A stretch of DNA of 63,062 nt, filler included, from Craspedostauros australis (GCA_030167865.1; 13 parts of 13 records of this genome joined end to end with filler, not necessarily neighbours in it), one strand, 5' to 3'. Positions 51,667-62,767 are shown, counted from the whole stretch's first letter. Notes: a model not told the origin generated them from the sequence alone. Numbers and translations are program-made.

Positions 51667-53377
51667 CACACACACACACACTACTCGTATCGTCTCCCGA
51701 TCATCACAGGTTATGAGGAAATACGCTTATACTATATAAGACAATCCCCATTGCTTCGTCACCCTCTCTGTATTTTGGAAATCCCCATCCAAACGCAGCT
51801 CATCTCATCTCTCTCTTTGCTCCACGCCTCGTTCCATCACCGCCATCATGCCCGCCAGTGACAACCCCAACAAAACTCCGTTCCACGACACAGAGGAACT
51901 CTTCCGTCGCCTCAATTGGACGTGGCTCGCTGACTTCTCCAAGCATTCCAAAATCGCCTCTGACGGTGAATTCGCTGACTTCCTCGATACCTCTGAAGAG
52001 GAGTTCGAGGCTGTCTTGGACGGCTGGAAGTCTGGCTCCATCACTCGTTGTTTCGGGCTCCGCAATCTTCGCGCGTACGCGGAAGCGAACCCTGATTTTG
52101 ACGCGTGGTTCACCACACTGGAACGCCCCGTGCTCCGTGCATTCGGCAAGGCCAAAAAGCCTCCCGCTATTCGCGACAAGCTTCCCCCTGAAGCCCATGG
52201 TGCCTCTGGAGCCCTTGCGTCGGGTGGTACCACCGATGATGCCCATTCCTCCGAACGTGGTGATACATCTACACCCCGCGGTGACGTGCCAGTCGCAACC
52301 GCCGGTCGTGGTGTTGACACCAGCGATGCCCCTCTTGATGTTGGTGAAGAACCAGCGCCTGCCGTCGACTTCATCACCGGCTCTGGCCTTACCTACGCCA
52401 TGGCCCGCAACAACCCTGCAGTCCTCCCTCATTTCCACTTCAAGGAGGTTCCCATGGTCACAGAGCCCTCGTATGCCGCCATTGGATACTGGCAGCGCTG
52501 GGAGCTGAAGCTTGCTGGGGACGCGCCCGCTGGAGTACTCAAGTGGTACACACAACTCCAAGCCGAGGCTGCTGGTGTGGACATCCACATCTGTCCGCTT
52601 TCCGCGTTCAGTCCGCAGTGCTCCATCATTCCGCGCAACGCTCCACGTGAACGTGTCATCCGTGCCGGCGAGTGGCTGAACAAGAAGTTGCAACAGAAGG
52701 ACATCCTCGATCTGGACGACCCTGCCATCTCCCTATTCTATTCTGGGACTTTCGGCATGTCGCCACACCATCTGTCATCCTTCCTTTTCCTTCATCAAGT
52801 GCTCTCGGACGCATACATGCGTGTTGCCAACACCGTGAGCCAAGCGCCTGAGTATGGCGATTCGCAAGACGTCATCAAGTTCGCCACGGCGTTGTTGGAA
52901 TTCCAACAAACCGAGAGCGTCGTTCACCGTCGCACGATCACTGATGTGGAGCTATCCCGCCGATTCCTCGAAGGTCTTCGCTCTCACCACATGCCTGTGG
53001 AACACCACATCACGTCTCTGTCCCTGGTGCCAGGCAACAAGCGCGTGCCCCCTCACCTACACGTGTCGGCTCTTGCCCGTACCATCAGAGGAGATCCCAC
53101 TGCCTCAACGTCCAATATTGGCCACCGTGTGCAAACACGTTCGTCTGGGAAGTCTGGTGGCGATGGCAAGCGTGGCGAGCGCAAGCGGTCCGAGTTTTAT
53201 CAACCGGACAAGGATGCATTCTGCTCCGCGTGCCACCGCAAGGGACATCATGCGCGCAGCTGCCTTCCATGGGCACGCGATCTGCGTTTCGCTGAGCTCC
53301 GCGAGTCCGAACCTGACCTTGCTGCGAAGGTTCTCAAGACGTACAAGGAGGTCTACTCCAGCGAGCGTGCAAGCACA
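51667..53377 (+). mobile_element. Ty1/copia 5' end related to the 13.6-15.6 kb element (LTR end at 51708, PBS 51709-51728, gag)
   Basis: CA-rich LTR tail ...TCATCACA followed by GGTTATGAG...ACGCTT, then gag. Confidence 0.78.
51848..53377 (+). CDS. Gag-like protein with CCHC zinc knuckle (3' truncated)
   Basis: CSACHRKGHHARSC fits CX2CX4HX4C. Homologous to the ORF at 13924. Confidence 0.8.
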
Positions 53378-54827
53378 NNNNNNNNNNNNNNNNNNNNNNN
53401 NNNNNNNNNNNNNNNNNNNNNTTAATTAATTAANNNNNNNNNNNNNNNNNNNNNNNNNNNNNNNNNNNNNNNNNNNNTCAATCAGTACACCTCTCTTGAA
53501 CTGCATCACACGGCTATCCCGAAGCTGGCAGATCCAAGAGACATCTTCCACCGATTCGCGCTGACTACGCCCGAATCCTAACTATTTTTCTGTTTCGGGA
53601 TTGCTTTCTACAGCTGTTGATTTGCTTTGTGTCTGACAGTCGCTGTCTGCGCCTTCCGTGTGGTTCTGGCCCTCGCAGGTTGGCAGACTCTGTCGTTGTC
53701 TTCGCCATTCTTCCAGAAGACTTTTGTGCCGTCCGTCAGGCTGCGCTGGTTTGTGGTGGCGTTCATTTTTTNNNNNNNNNNNNNGTCGGTTGGCTGGGTC
53801 TACGCCTTCAGGCAGACAAAATCAATGCCGTCGACTTGCAATCGGTCGCCGCATTTCGGGTTTGATGATGGCAAGCCAAATCGATCTTCGCTTTGATCGC
53901 GTCCCATCGTCATCTCTCTGTTCTTCTGTGTATGTAGCACCCTTCTTCGTTCTTGTATTGCTATGATGCTCGCCCATTTTGGTTCCCTTCATTAATCATC
54001 CTGCTCCTCTTCGGTTGCCTTTCATCGATTCACACCATCACCCCCTCAGCCTGTCGATCAGCAGTTCTGTGAGACGTCTTCGTTCGTCGCTGTATCCTTC
54101 ACAGGCATCATAGGTGCGATCTTGTTCCCACACATGCACCCCCATGACAATGCAGTCACCCTTGTGCTAGTCATCTCGCCACTGTTTCTGCCTCTCCCCT
54201 TTTTCTCTGGGTGTGGCTGTCGAGCCCAGCGTGCCATCTGCATGCATCATTCGTTTCACCTCGCCGTATACGACTTCTTGTATCCTCGGTTGCAGCCAAT
54301 TCCCACAGCAACTCTACTATAGTGTGTACAACGATTCCTACACGAAAATAGCTTCACCAGTCCCATGCACTTCGCTCGCGCGCTCCCTTTCTTGGATCTG
54401 TTGCACTGGTCTGGTCCAAAGCAACACTTGTCAAGCAGCCAGATTGGCTTCCTCCTTGGTGCCTCTGTATTCCTGGGTCCGCACGATGTGAAATCACACC
54501 TCCAATATAGTAGCAGTGGCTCATTCAGCATACGCAGTCTCACAGAATCTCGGCATCATTTCTGGAGACATCGTTGGCAACTACGACTGTGTGGACACAA
54601 TGCACCATGCACATACACTCCTCTGCAATTCTGTGTTGGTTCACAGAAACATGTGTGCTCATTGCCCAAGCATACCATTGCATTGTTGTGTCGTATCAGT
54701 TTTTGGGGTCACCATTCCAGCGCCTCCATGCATCCCCTCGTGCTATCCAAAAGGCAAGACACACCACTACAACACCAAGGGCTGTGAATTAAACCTGTAC
54801 TCTATGAACCAATGTGTTATCTATGCA

Positions 54828-55232
54828 TTAGCTGTTCTGCTCTGGATCTTCCACGAGCGAGGCAACCCAGGTTCTCACCTCCATTATGTTTGCCATTGTC
54901 TGGTGAATGTCGAACAAGGGGTTAGTGTGCTGCAACTCCAGTTGTGTTATTGCAGCTACCGAATACATTGCAAACTGATGCCGCTCGTGAGCATGGCGCC
55001 ACTTGTTCTCAAGACACCCCCAATTTTTGAACCTCTTGTGGACGGTCTCATGGCGGGCACGGACAACTCCATTGAAACGAGTGCGCTCCAAACAACATGC
55101 TGCCTCGCCTCTGTAGCCTTTGTCTGTGACGACCTGCTCACCAGGATCCAGTTGCTGTCTGAGGCATTCACGGAAGATGGTGATGTCTGGGTATTCACCA
55201 CAAACATAGGGTCCCCGCACCCACACAAGATG
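54828..55232 (-). mobile_element. PIF/Harbinger (DDE_Tnp_4-like) transposase C-terminal fragment
   Basis: GPYVCGEYPDITIFR, VVTDKGYRG and RARHETVHKRFKNWGCL (DxGY and RxxxExxxxRxK motifs). Confidence 0.8.
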
Positions 55233-55765
55233 NNNNNNNNNNNNNNNNNNNNNNNNNNNNNNNNNNNNNNNNNNNNTTAATTAATTAANNNNNNNNNNNN
55301 NNNNNNNNNNNNNNNNNNNNNNNNNNNNNNNNATAACGCGGCGCATCACGACGAATGCAAACAGAATGATGATGATGATCACGGTCGTTCACACGAGAGA
55401 TGCTGCTGACCCTGCATCTTGCAATCAGTCCAGAACAACATCTCATCCTCATCTCATAATTCTAGAGTTCAATACAAACTCACCAACCAAACAGTAAACC
55501 AACTAATCGACAACTAACGATAACAATTACCTCCAAACCAGAGCCCACGATCTCACCACTGCCTACGCCGGTCTAATCAGTGCTGACATCTGGACACAAT
55601 ACCACACGCTTCCTCTGCGCAACGTCAAGGCAAACCACCTTAACCAAGCGCTACTACGGACCCTCAAGACGAACAACCAACGGCAAAGACACCATTTCGT
55701 CCCACGGCTCCAACGACAAGCAACGGTACCTGTTCACTGACTGGAAAACCCATCTGTCAGCAGCA

Positions 55766-57448
55766 ATGACGGGAACCATCACGACACGCTCGCAGACGAG
55801 CCAAGCCAACCAGGCGGCACAGCAGGCCGCCGGCCTCTCGGCGATGGCCAACCCAGCCAACAGCGAACCCCTCCAGGGCGAAGTGCCAACCGCACGCAAG
55901 CCAACGCCCAAACCAAGCAACGACGCCATCCCGACCAGCCAGGTGCAGAACCAACCTCAAGGCCAGTACTACGTCCCGCCCCTCCAAGAAGGCGGAACAG
56001 GCGCCGAAGGCCCTCGTCAAACCAATCGAGTGCCGACCCCGCAACCACGCGGCGGATTCCAGTTCCCGACCAGCGCAGACGGCGGCGGAGGCGGCGGTGA
56101 CAACGGCGGCGGCGGCGGCGGCGACGATGGAGGAGGCTACGGCGACGACATCGATCTGGACGCGCCGGACGATGACTTCTCCGACTTCGGCCCAGCGGAC
56201 GGTGGCCTTGGCGTCGGAGGAGCTGGACCCCCGGCGTTCCAATACGCACTGACTCCGGCGCGCATCCACAACACCCTGCTGAACTACAACATCCCGTCGG
56301 TGGCGAAGATGTACTACAAGGCTGTCCAACCCCTCCCTGTGGAGTTCAACATGACCTCGAACCTGGTGCACAAGTTCACGCACGCGATCAACGCTCGTGG
56401 AATGGAGTTCAATTGGCTACCAACGGTGAAGATCTTCATCCGAGGACGCATGCGCAACCTTTTCTTCGAACACAGCACGATTCGCTACGACGAGATTCGG
56501 AAGTACGCCGTGCGGTACTCGCTCAAAGCCACCCGACACGCCCAGATCGCGATGCAGATCGGTCGGTGCATTCAAGACTCTCTGACCCAGGACGCCAGAT
56601 CCCGGTTGCAGCTGGAGTCACAGCGGTACACAATGACCACCGTTGAAGGGGTGGTGCACGACGGACTCCTGATGTTCAAGGTACTCATGGAGAAGTCGCT
56701 GGTCAACACCAACGCGACCGTCAGCATGCTTCGCAGCAACCTGGCCAACCTGCCAACGAAGATCGGCGAGCTCTCCGACAACATCACGGAACTCAATGAG
56801 TACGCCAAGCATCAGCGCAGCGAGCTGAACGCCCGTGGGCAAGTCACCCACGATCTCTTGGTCTACCTCTTCGAAGCCTACAAGCAGGTGAACGACGAAG
56901 CCTTCCGCCGGTACATCGAAAGCAAGGAAGACCAGCACCACGAAGGAGAAGCTCTCAGCGCAGACTCGCTCATGGATCTCGTCGAGAAGAAGTTCAAGAC
57001 GATGATGGAGCGCGGCACCTGGAAGGCGCAGACCGACGACCAGAAGCACATCGTGGCCCTCACGGCCGAGATCGAGCGCATCAAGAAGAACCGAAACGGG
57101 AACAAAGGAAAAGAGAAGAAGGGCAAGCCAGAGAAAGAAGGCAAGGGCAAGAAGGGCAAGGACAAGGACAAGGACGGCAAGAAGGCTGGATCCGGAGACA
57201 CTCCGTGGTTCTACCAACCGCCGGCCAACGGAGCGTCCAAGTCCAAAAAGGACCCGAGCGGAAAGGACGTCCACTGGTGCCCGAATCACGGAACCAACGG
57301 AAAATGGGTCCGACACAAGCCATCCGAGTGCAAGGCCATCAATGGAGGGGCCAACAAGGGTGGGCAATCCGGCAAAGCCGGAGGAGACGGTGCTTCAGGA
57401 AACAAGCCCCAGGTGGCCATGCCACATGTGGTCGAAGAGGAGTACTGA
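55766..57448 (+). CDS. Gag protein with a variant (C-H-H-C) knuckle
   Basis: DGLLMFKVLM, LNARG..THDLLVYLFEAY...FRRYIE, a Lys-rich tract, and HWCPNH...WVRHKPSEC. Ends in TGA. Confidence 0.82.
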   Translation: MTGTITTRSQTSQANQAAQQAAGLSAMANPANSEPLQGEVPTARKPTPKPSNDAIPTSQVQNQPQGQYYVPPLQEGGTGAEGPRQTNRVPTPQPRGGFQFPTSADGGGGGGDNGGGGGGDDGGGYGDDIDLDAPDDDFSDFGPADGGLGVGGAGPPAFQYALTPARIHNTLLNYNIPSVAKMYYKAVQPLPVEFNMTSNLVHKFTHAINARGMEFNWLPTVKIFIRGRMRNLFFEHSTIRYDEIRKYAVRYSLKATRHAQIAMQIGRCIQDSLTQDARSRLQLESQRYTMTTVEGVVHDGLLMFKVLMEKSLVNTNATVSMLRSNLANLPTKIGELSDNITELNEYAKHQRSELNARGQVTHDLLVYLFEAYKQVNDEAFRRYIESKEDQHHEGEALSADSLMDLVEKKFKTMMERGTWKAQTDDQKHIVALTAEIERIKKNRNGNKGKEKKGKPEKEGKGKKGKDKDKDGKKAGSGDTPWFYQPPANGASKSKKDPSGKDVHWCPNHGTNGKWVRHKPSECKAINGGANKGGQSGKAGGDGASGNKPQVAMPHVVEEEY

Positions 57449-58576
57449 ATCACAGGCCGGAGGGTGTGGGCATTTGTGTTCACCCTCTGCAGGCCATTCA
57501 TCGTGGCGTTACTGGCTACACTCTGCATCAGCGCAATCGCATGTGGGGATGAGGAGTCAGTGACGACCGTGGTGGTGGTCGCCCTGGTAACTTGGGTCGC
57601 TCAGCGCATCGCGCTGATCCAACGAGACTCTCGCAAACATACCAGATGGCGATCAAGCCACACGAAGTGCCGACGCTTCTACGCGCGTGGCACCAGAACC
57701 AGACCACCCAGGATCGGATCCAAGGACGGCAGACCCTCACGGAGAATGCTGCATCTTTGGACAATCGCCGACCAGGAGCAGCAGCACGCGCACACCATGC
57801 CGCTTGCCAGATTCGATTCAGATTCATTCGAGATGGCAGTGGACAACTGTGCCACGACCTCCTTCACGAACAACAAGGAGGACTTCATCGGAGATCCAAT
57901 CAAGATTGACAAGGTGGTGAAAGGAGTGGGAACGCGGAAAGTGCATCTGCAAGGCAAGGTGGAATGGCGAATCGAAGACGACAACGGGAATCGGCACGTC
58001 ATCGAGCTGGACGGGGTCATCTACGAACCTGGCCTACCGTTTCAACTGCTCTGCCCACAGCACTGGGCGCAATGCAGCAAGGATCCAGAAGGTACAGGAT
58101 GCACCACCCTTGGGAATCGCATGGAGATATTCTGGGACCGACGAAGACACCAGAGGTCGATACCTCTCACATCCTCCAACATTGGGATGATCCGGACAGC
58201 AACCGGATACAGCGGAGTTCGCAAATTCTGCATGGCTACCGAAGTCCCCATATCCACGCCAGACAACCAACTGGACGCGACCCACCTGGTGAGCGACGAC
58301 GAAGAGTCAGTGGTGATGGACGACGACGAAGGCAGCGTCAATCAGAGCGAACAAGCCATTGACACCAGCGGAGCCGAAGACGACCTCAGCAAGGAGCCAA
58401 CGCGAATCGACTTCCGGGACATCCCCTACCGAGCGCCCATCGACCATGCATCCGAGTTCAGCACCACTCCAACCGCGGACATGCTCTGGCTGCACTACAA
58501 GCTGGGACACGTCTCATTCAACAAGATGCGGACCATGGCTTCCAAGGGAGAGATCCCAGCGAAGTTCAGGGACTGT
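57449..58576 (+). CDS. Pol N-terminal part (hydrophobic segment, protease, integrase Zn-finger start), in frame with gag
   Basis: FDSDSFEMAVDNCATTSF, LLCPQHWAQ and LWLHYKLGHVSF...FRDC. Separated from gag by a single TGA. Confidence 0.85.
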
Positions 58577-60112
58577 NNNNNNNNNNNNNNNNNNNNNNNN
58601 NNNNNNNNNNNNNNNNNNNNTTAATTAATTAANNNNNNNNNNNNNNNNNNNNNNNNNNNNNNNNNNNNNNNNNNNNGTCCCAGTGCCTCGTGAAGAGGGG
58701 CGGAGAGGTCTGCTTGGTAGACATGTTGGCAGCAATCAAAGCAGACAAGTTTCTGCGAACACAATGTGGTCGTTTTCCACCCAGTGTTGAACAGCAAAAT
58801 GTCGAATGGCGCCGTGGCGTGTGCGACGCGAGGGCTGCTGTGCGTTGGCCATCATGAGCGCAATTCAGTTGTTCTCGTACAGCACCGTACCACATCGCTG
58901 AAGTACACCAAGCTTGCCAAGGATGCAACGAATGCATAATGTCATGCGACCAGCATCGGAAGCACAGAGAAGTTCAGCCTCTGTGCTGGACATGGCAACC
59001 GTGATCTGCACTCTCGGTTTCCATGCGATGGCAGCAGCAGCAAGATGGAAAACAATGGACGACACTAACTGTTGTTGCTGAGTGTCCATGGTCCAATCAC
59101 TGTCAGCATACCTTTAGAGGAAATTGGGTTGTTCTGCTGGATGGCCAAATACATCATCATGTGCTGGCATTTGCTTGGCTGGAACAGGCATGGGCGGTAG
59201 TGCAGGGACAGCGTCAGTGCAATGTAGCGCGATGCCTTGAGCGGGAGTGCGGAAGAGATATCAAGAAACCTGCTTGGCGACAGCGAAATGATCTATGGCC
59301 AGCCTTGCCAAGAATTGCAAGAGTTTCACGATGGGAAAAGCGATGGCTGGCCTACAGGTAATCATGGGACAGATGAGTTTGCCAACAGCCTCACAATAGC
59401 ATTTAATGTCTGCCTGTGCCTGCTTGAGGCCACATGCATCCAAGGCTTCAGAATCGTCCAGCTTGCGTATGTGCGCATTGCCATCATCCATTGGAGTGAG
59501 CACACCATTCATCTTCTTCTGCTCATTCCATTGAAAACCTTGTTGAGATGTGTACTATTGTGGATGGAGACATGTGTGGCAGTTTGGATCAGATCTGCAC
59601 CAATGAAGTGTTGGAGAACGCTGAATCATTTCATGGGAATGAACAGGAACGAATCCAAGCTCATCGCAGATTGTGGAGCAAGCCGCTACATCACTGCATG
59701 CAATGGCAAAGTTATCAACCTGATGTAGAAAGAGCATGTTGTGTTCTTTGGAAGCGCCGCGGTATAGGCATAGAGCATGCGTGGTGGGCCTGAAACCCAT
59801 GCGCTGCAGCTGTGCTTCGATGTGCACCGCCCACTGCCATAGTGCTCGGGAATGACCCTGAAGATTCTTGCTGATGAGAGTCATGCAGCCACACGGAATG
59901 GGTACGCGTCCCTATGACTGCCACCAGTCAGCAAAGGGGCTGTCAACATGCATAAAGTACTTCTGTGCACCACAAGAAGCCTCAGCAAATGCATTGTAAA
60001 TGTCAGCGCCATAGATGGTCTTGTTCTCCATGGTTGTGACAGTGATGAACAGCCAGAAATCTGTAGCATCCAGAGTAGCCATGAATGTGTGCCCTGTGAT
60101 TGCTGCCTTGCC

Positions 60113-60961
60113 TTTTGGAATGTACATATGTGTATGTGCATCGCTCACCCATTGTTCTCTTATGCTCTACGCACAAGCGGCGCAAACATTTGTGTCGTGA
60201 GTGATCTGTGATTGATCTGTGAGCGATCTGTGAGTGATCTGTGAGTGATCTGTGAGTGATCTGTGGTTGATCTGTGATTGATCGAAATCACACCACAACA
60301 TTGGGCACACACACAAAATCAGAATTTCGGAAGGACATTTGTGAACAATCATTTCTGAGAGCATCAGGAATGCAGTCTGTCCATCAACTGACAGAAATGC
60401 ATGACATCGAGCAAGGATTGATGTATTTCACAACTAAACCTCAAATGATGATATCCTTGCCATACCATGGCATCATCGATGGAATATGGAATCTGAAGGA
60501 TCATGGAAGACGACAGCTGACATCAACAGTATGTCATCATATCACCACATCAACATCTGTCTCCACATCAGTTCAAGAAGGCGAAGATTCAATGACCAAG
60601 TGACATCAAGATCGTGGATATGCAAGGAAGAGTTCAGATGAGACATTGGCGAATACTCACAGAGTAGTGCACCAGTAGAGGACGAAATGATGGAGTATGT
60701 ATCAAATACAGAGCATGTATCTAACACTGATTATCGCACAGTACCAACACATGAGAGAGAAAGAGCGAGAGAATACAAGAAATAGCAAGAGAGCATCTCA
60801 CATGCCAACTCATAGTCAGACGATAGTTGAGAGACACCAAGAGTATTGGGAGACTCTGAGAGGCATCGGAACAACGCAATGAAATAGCAAGAAAAATAGT
60901 AACAACCACCACCACCACCGTCAACAGTCGCAAGAGTATCCATGAGCGAAACTTGCCAATA
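60113..60961 (+). mobile_element. Solo LTR family A
   Basis: T(T)TTGGAA...CTTGCCAATA flanked by TGCC repeats. Homologous to 47665-48490 and 17634-19183. Confidence 0.8.
60197..60284. repeat. 11-bp tandem repeat (GTGAGTGATCT), 8 copies
   Basis: Directly visible inside LTR A. Confidence 0.92.
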
Positions 60962-61293
60962 TGCCACATTGCCCAGGGTCCACACCTCATGTTCGCTGCT
61001 ATCCATGAGATATGAATGGCTCAGTCTGGATCGCCACTACGGAATGCAATGAGCACGATGTCCAGGGGCGATGTCGAAGACATGTAGCTGCTCTTGGCCG
61101 TTCATGCTGTTCCAGGTGATGTCAGCAGGTGGATGGTTGCCAGATGACAACATGTCGATGTCAAACGCCGTATTGNNNNNNNNNNNNNNNNNNNNNNNNN
61201 NNNNNNNNNNNNNNNNNNNTTAATTAATTAANNNNNNNNNNNNNNNNNNNNNNNNNNNNNNNNNNNNNNNNNNNNTGTGCCCGTCTTTGATTG

Positions 61294-62691
61294 TCAAGAA
61301 CCGGCGTTCCATGGTCCTTGGGTGCCGGGTCGTCCGGTCTTGTGATCGCCCGTGCGAGGTCGCTTGGGCCCTCGCTGGGTCAGTGGCAACTCGAGGTTGC
61401 GCGCATAGTCTGCTGGCTTGTTGCGCTTGAGGGTTTCCTCATCAATGGGTTTCCCGGTGGTGCGGAAGTGACGAGACGCTTCGACGAGGAGCACTTGAGT
61501 GCTCACCGGCATGCGACGGAAGACGGAGTCCGGCAACCGAAACGATGCGGCGCCCTTGCGATCCCACTTGGAGGATTCGCGTGGCCTCTTGCGGTCGTCC
61601 TTGGTGTCCTTCTGCTGGTAGCGACGGTTGCGCTTGGGAGAGTAGTGTCCTTCCGATTTCGTAAGGAGTGCGTCATGTTGCATGAACGCCTCGCGAATTG
61701 CGTTGAAGGAGTGTTCCGTGTTGCGGAATCTGGACATCTCGCTTGTGAAGCGATCGTCAGTGATGTTGCGAAAGAACTTCGCGATCTTCTGCTGGTCGGT
61801 CATTTGCTTTCCATTCTGCTCCATGACACGGATGCATTTGGAGAAAGCGTTGACGAAGAATGGGAAGGGCTCTGATCCGTCGTAACGGAGCTCAGCAATC
61901 TTCTGTTCTTCCTCAGCGATGGCCTCAGCTTTGTGATCGACGGACTCGTAGTTACGCACGAGTGCCTGGTACGCGTCGTGGCCGTTCGGTTCGTGTGCTT
62001 CCACGATGAATGCCGCACATCCCTTCTCTGTCTTGGTGTGCAGGACAGTGTAGAGCTGCGCGTCGATGTCCTCTGCGAAATGTGATGGCTTGTCGACATC
62101 GAGGTACGCGGCGTATCTGGATGTGACCAGCTGTCGCTTGAATGCGATCTTCCAGTCATACCAGTCGCTGTTGTTCCCGGTGAATTCGGGTGCCTCCGGC
62201 ATGCTGATCTTGTCGAACTTCCATCCTGATGGAGTCCGTGGTGTTCGTGGTGATCGCGGGGTGCGTCGCGCGCGGCTCGGTGAGCTGACGGTGATTTCGC
62301 GACCCGCGGTTCCAGTAGCATCCGCTGCTGCGGCTGCCTCCCTGATCGCCATCTCCGATCGCACTTGAGCAGCGGCGTTCGCAACTGGCGTGTTGACCTC
62401 TGGTGGTTCGTAGTTGTTCGCTTCGTTGAACAAGTCGATCGCTGCCCAATCCGTGCGTGCGGTGATGGTGTTGGATCGCGCGTACGCGAAGATGCGGAGG
62501 ATGTTGGTGATGTTGATTGATGACAGCGTTGGCGAGAGCGCCAAAGCCGCCACGATGGTGGCGTCCGAGTTGCGGATGACACGATCGATTCTCCCGAGTT
62601 TCTCGCCGATGAACGCCATCTCTTCGTCATCGAGCTGTACCAGCTCTTGGATGATCTTGTTGAAGGTGTTGATGTTGGTTGGCCGGTCCAT
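61294..62691 (-). CDS. Ty1/copia Gag (UBN2/Retrotran_gag_2-like)
   Basis: PEFTGNNSDWYDWKIAF, QLYTVL, NGHDAYQALVRNYE, LRYDG and QKIAKFFRNITD. 465 aa, ending TGA-CAATCA. Confidence 0.82.
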   Translation of the reverse strand: MDRPTNINTFNKIIQELVQLDDEEMAFIGEKLGRIDRVIRNSDATIVAALALSPTLSSINITNILRIFAYARSNTITARTDWAAIDLFNEANNYEPPEVNTPVANAAAQVRSEMAIREAAAAADATGTAGREITVSSPSRARRTPRSPRTPRTPSGWKFDKISMPEAPEFTGNNSDWYDWKIAFKRQLVTSRYAAYLDVDKPSHFAEDIDAQLYTVLHTKTEKGCAAFIVEAHEPNGHDAYQALVRNYESVDHKAEAIAEEEQKIAELRYDGSEPFPFFVNAFSKCIRVMEQNGKQMTDQQKIAKFFRNITDDRFTSEMSRFRNTEHSFNAIREAFMQHDALLTKSEGHYSPKRNRRYQQKDTKDDRKRPRESSKWDRKGAASFRLPDSVFRRMPVSTQVLLVEASRHFRTTGKPIDEETLKRNKPADYARNLELPLTQRGPKRPRTGDHKTGRPGTQGPWNAGS

Positions 62692-62737
62692 GGTGGTAAC
62701 TCGTAAGATGGTAAAAGGTGGTGTGGTGTTGGGTGTT

Positions 62738-62767
62738 GCTCAGTGTTGGTAAGCACGACTCTTAATC
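62738..62767 (-). promoter_or_regulatory. Primer-binding site complementary to the 5' half of tRNA-Lys(CUU)
   Basis: Immediately follows the LTR end TTTGACA. The plus strand reads GCTCAGTGTTGGTAAGCACGACTCTTAATC, resembling the D and anticodon arms of tRNA-Lys(CUU). Confidence 0.78.

Larger units (their letters stand above)
55333..58576 (+). mobile_element. Ty1/copia (CoDi-like) element: LTR 3' part, PBS, gag, protease and start of integrase
   Basis: AC-rich LTR-like leader, iMet-complementary box at 55605-55620, and intact gag and pol ORFs in copia domain order. Confidence 0.88.
58677..61175 (-). mobile_element. Decayed Ty1/copia RT/RNase H region with a solo LTR insertion
   Basis: GADIYNAFAEA, KNLQGH, GFRPTTHALCLY, FLHQVDNFAIAC (YVDD equivalent) and WKPRVQITVAMSSTEAE. 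Multiple stops and frameshifts. Confidence 0.9.

Noticed and set aside
53478..54800. Possible second (Myb/SANT) ORF of the Harbinger element
   Set aside because: No recognisable motif; all frames are interrupted.
60197..60284. Repeat array as CRISPR or telomeric repeat
   Set aside because: Head-to-tail 11-mers without spacers, located inside an LTR; no cas genes.
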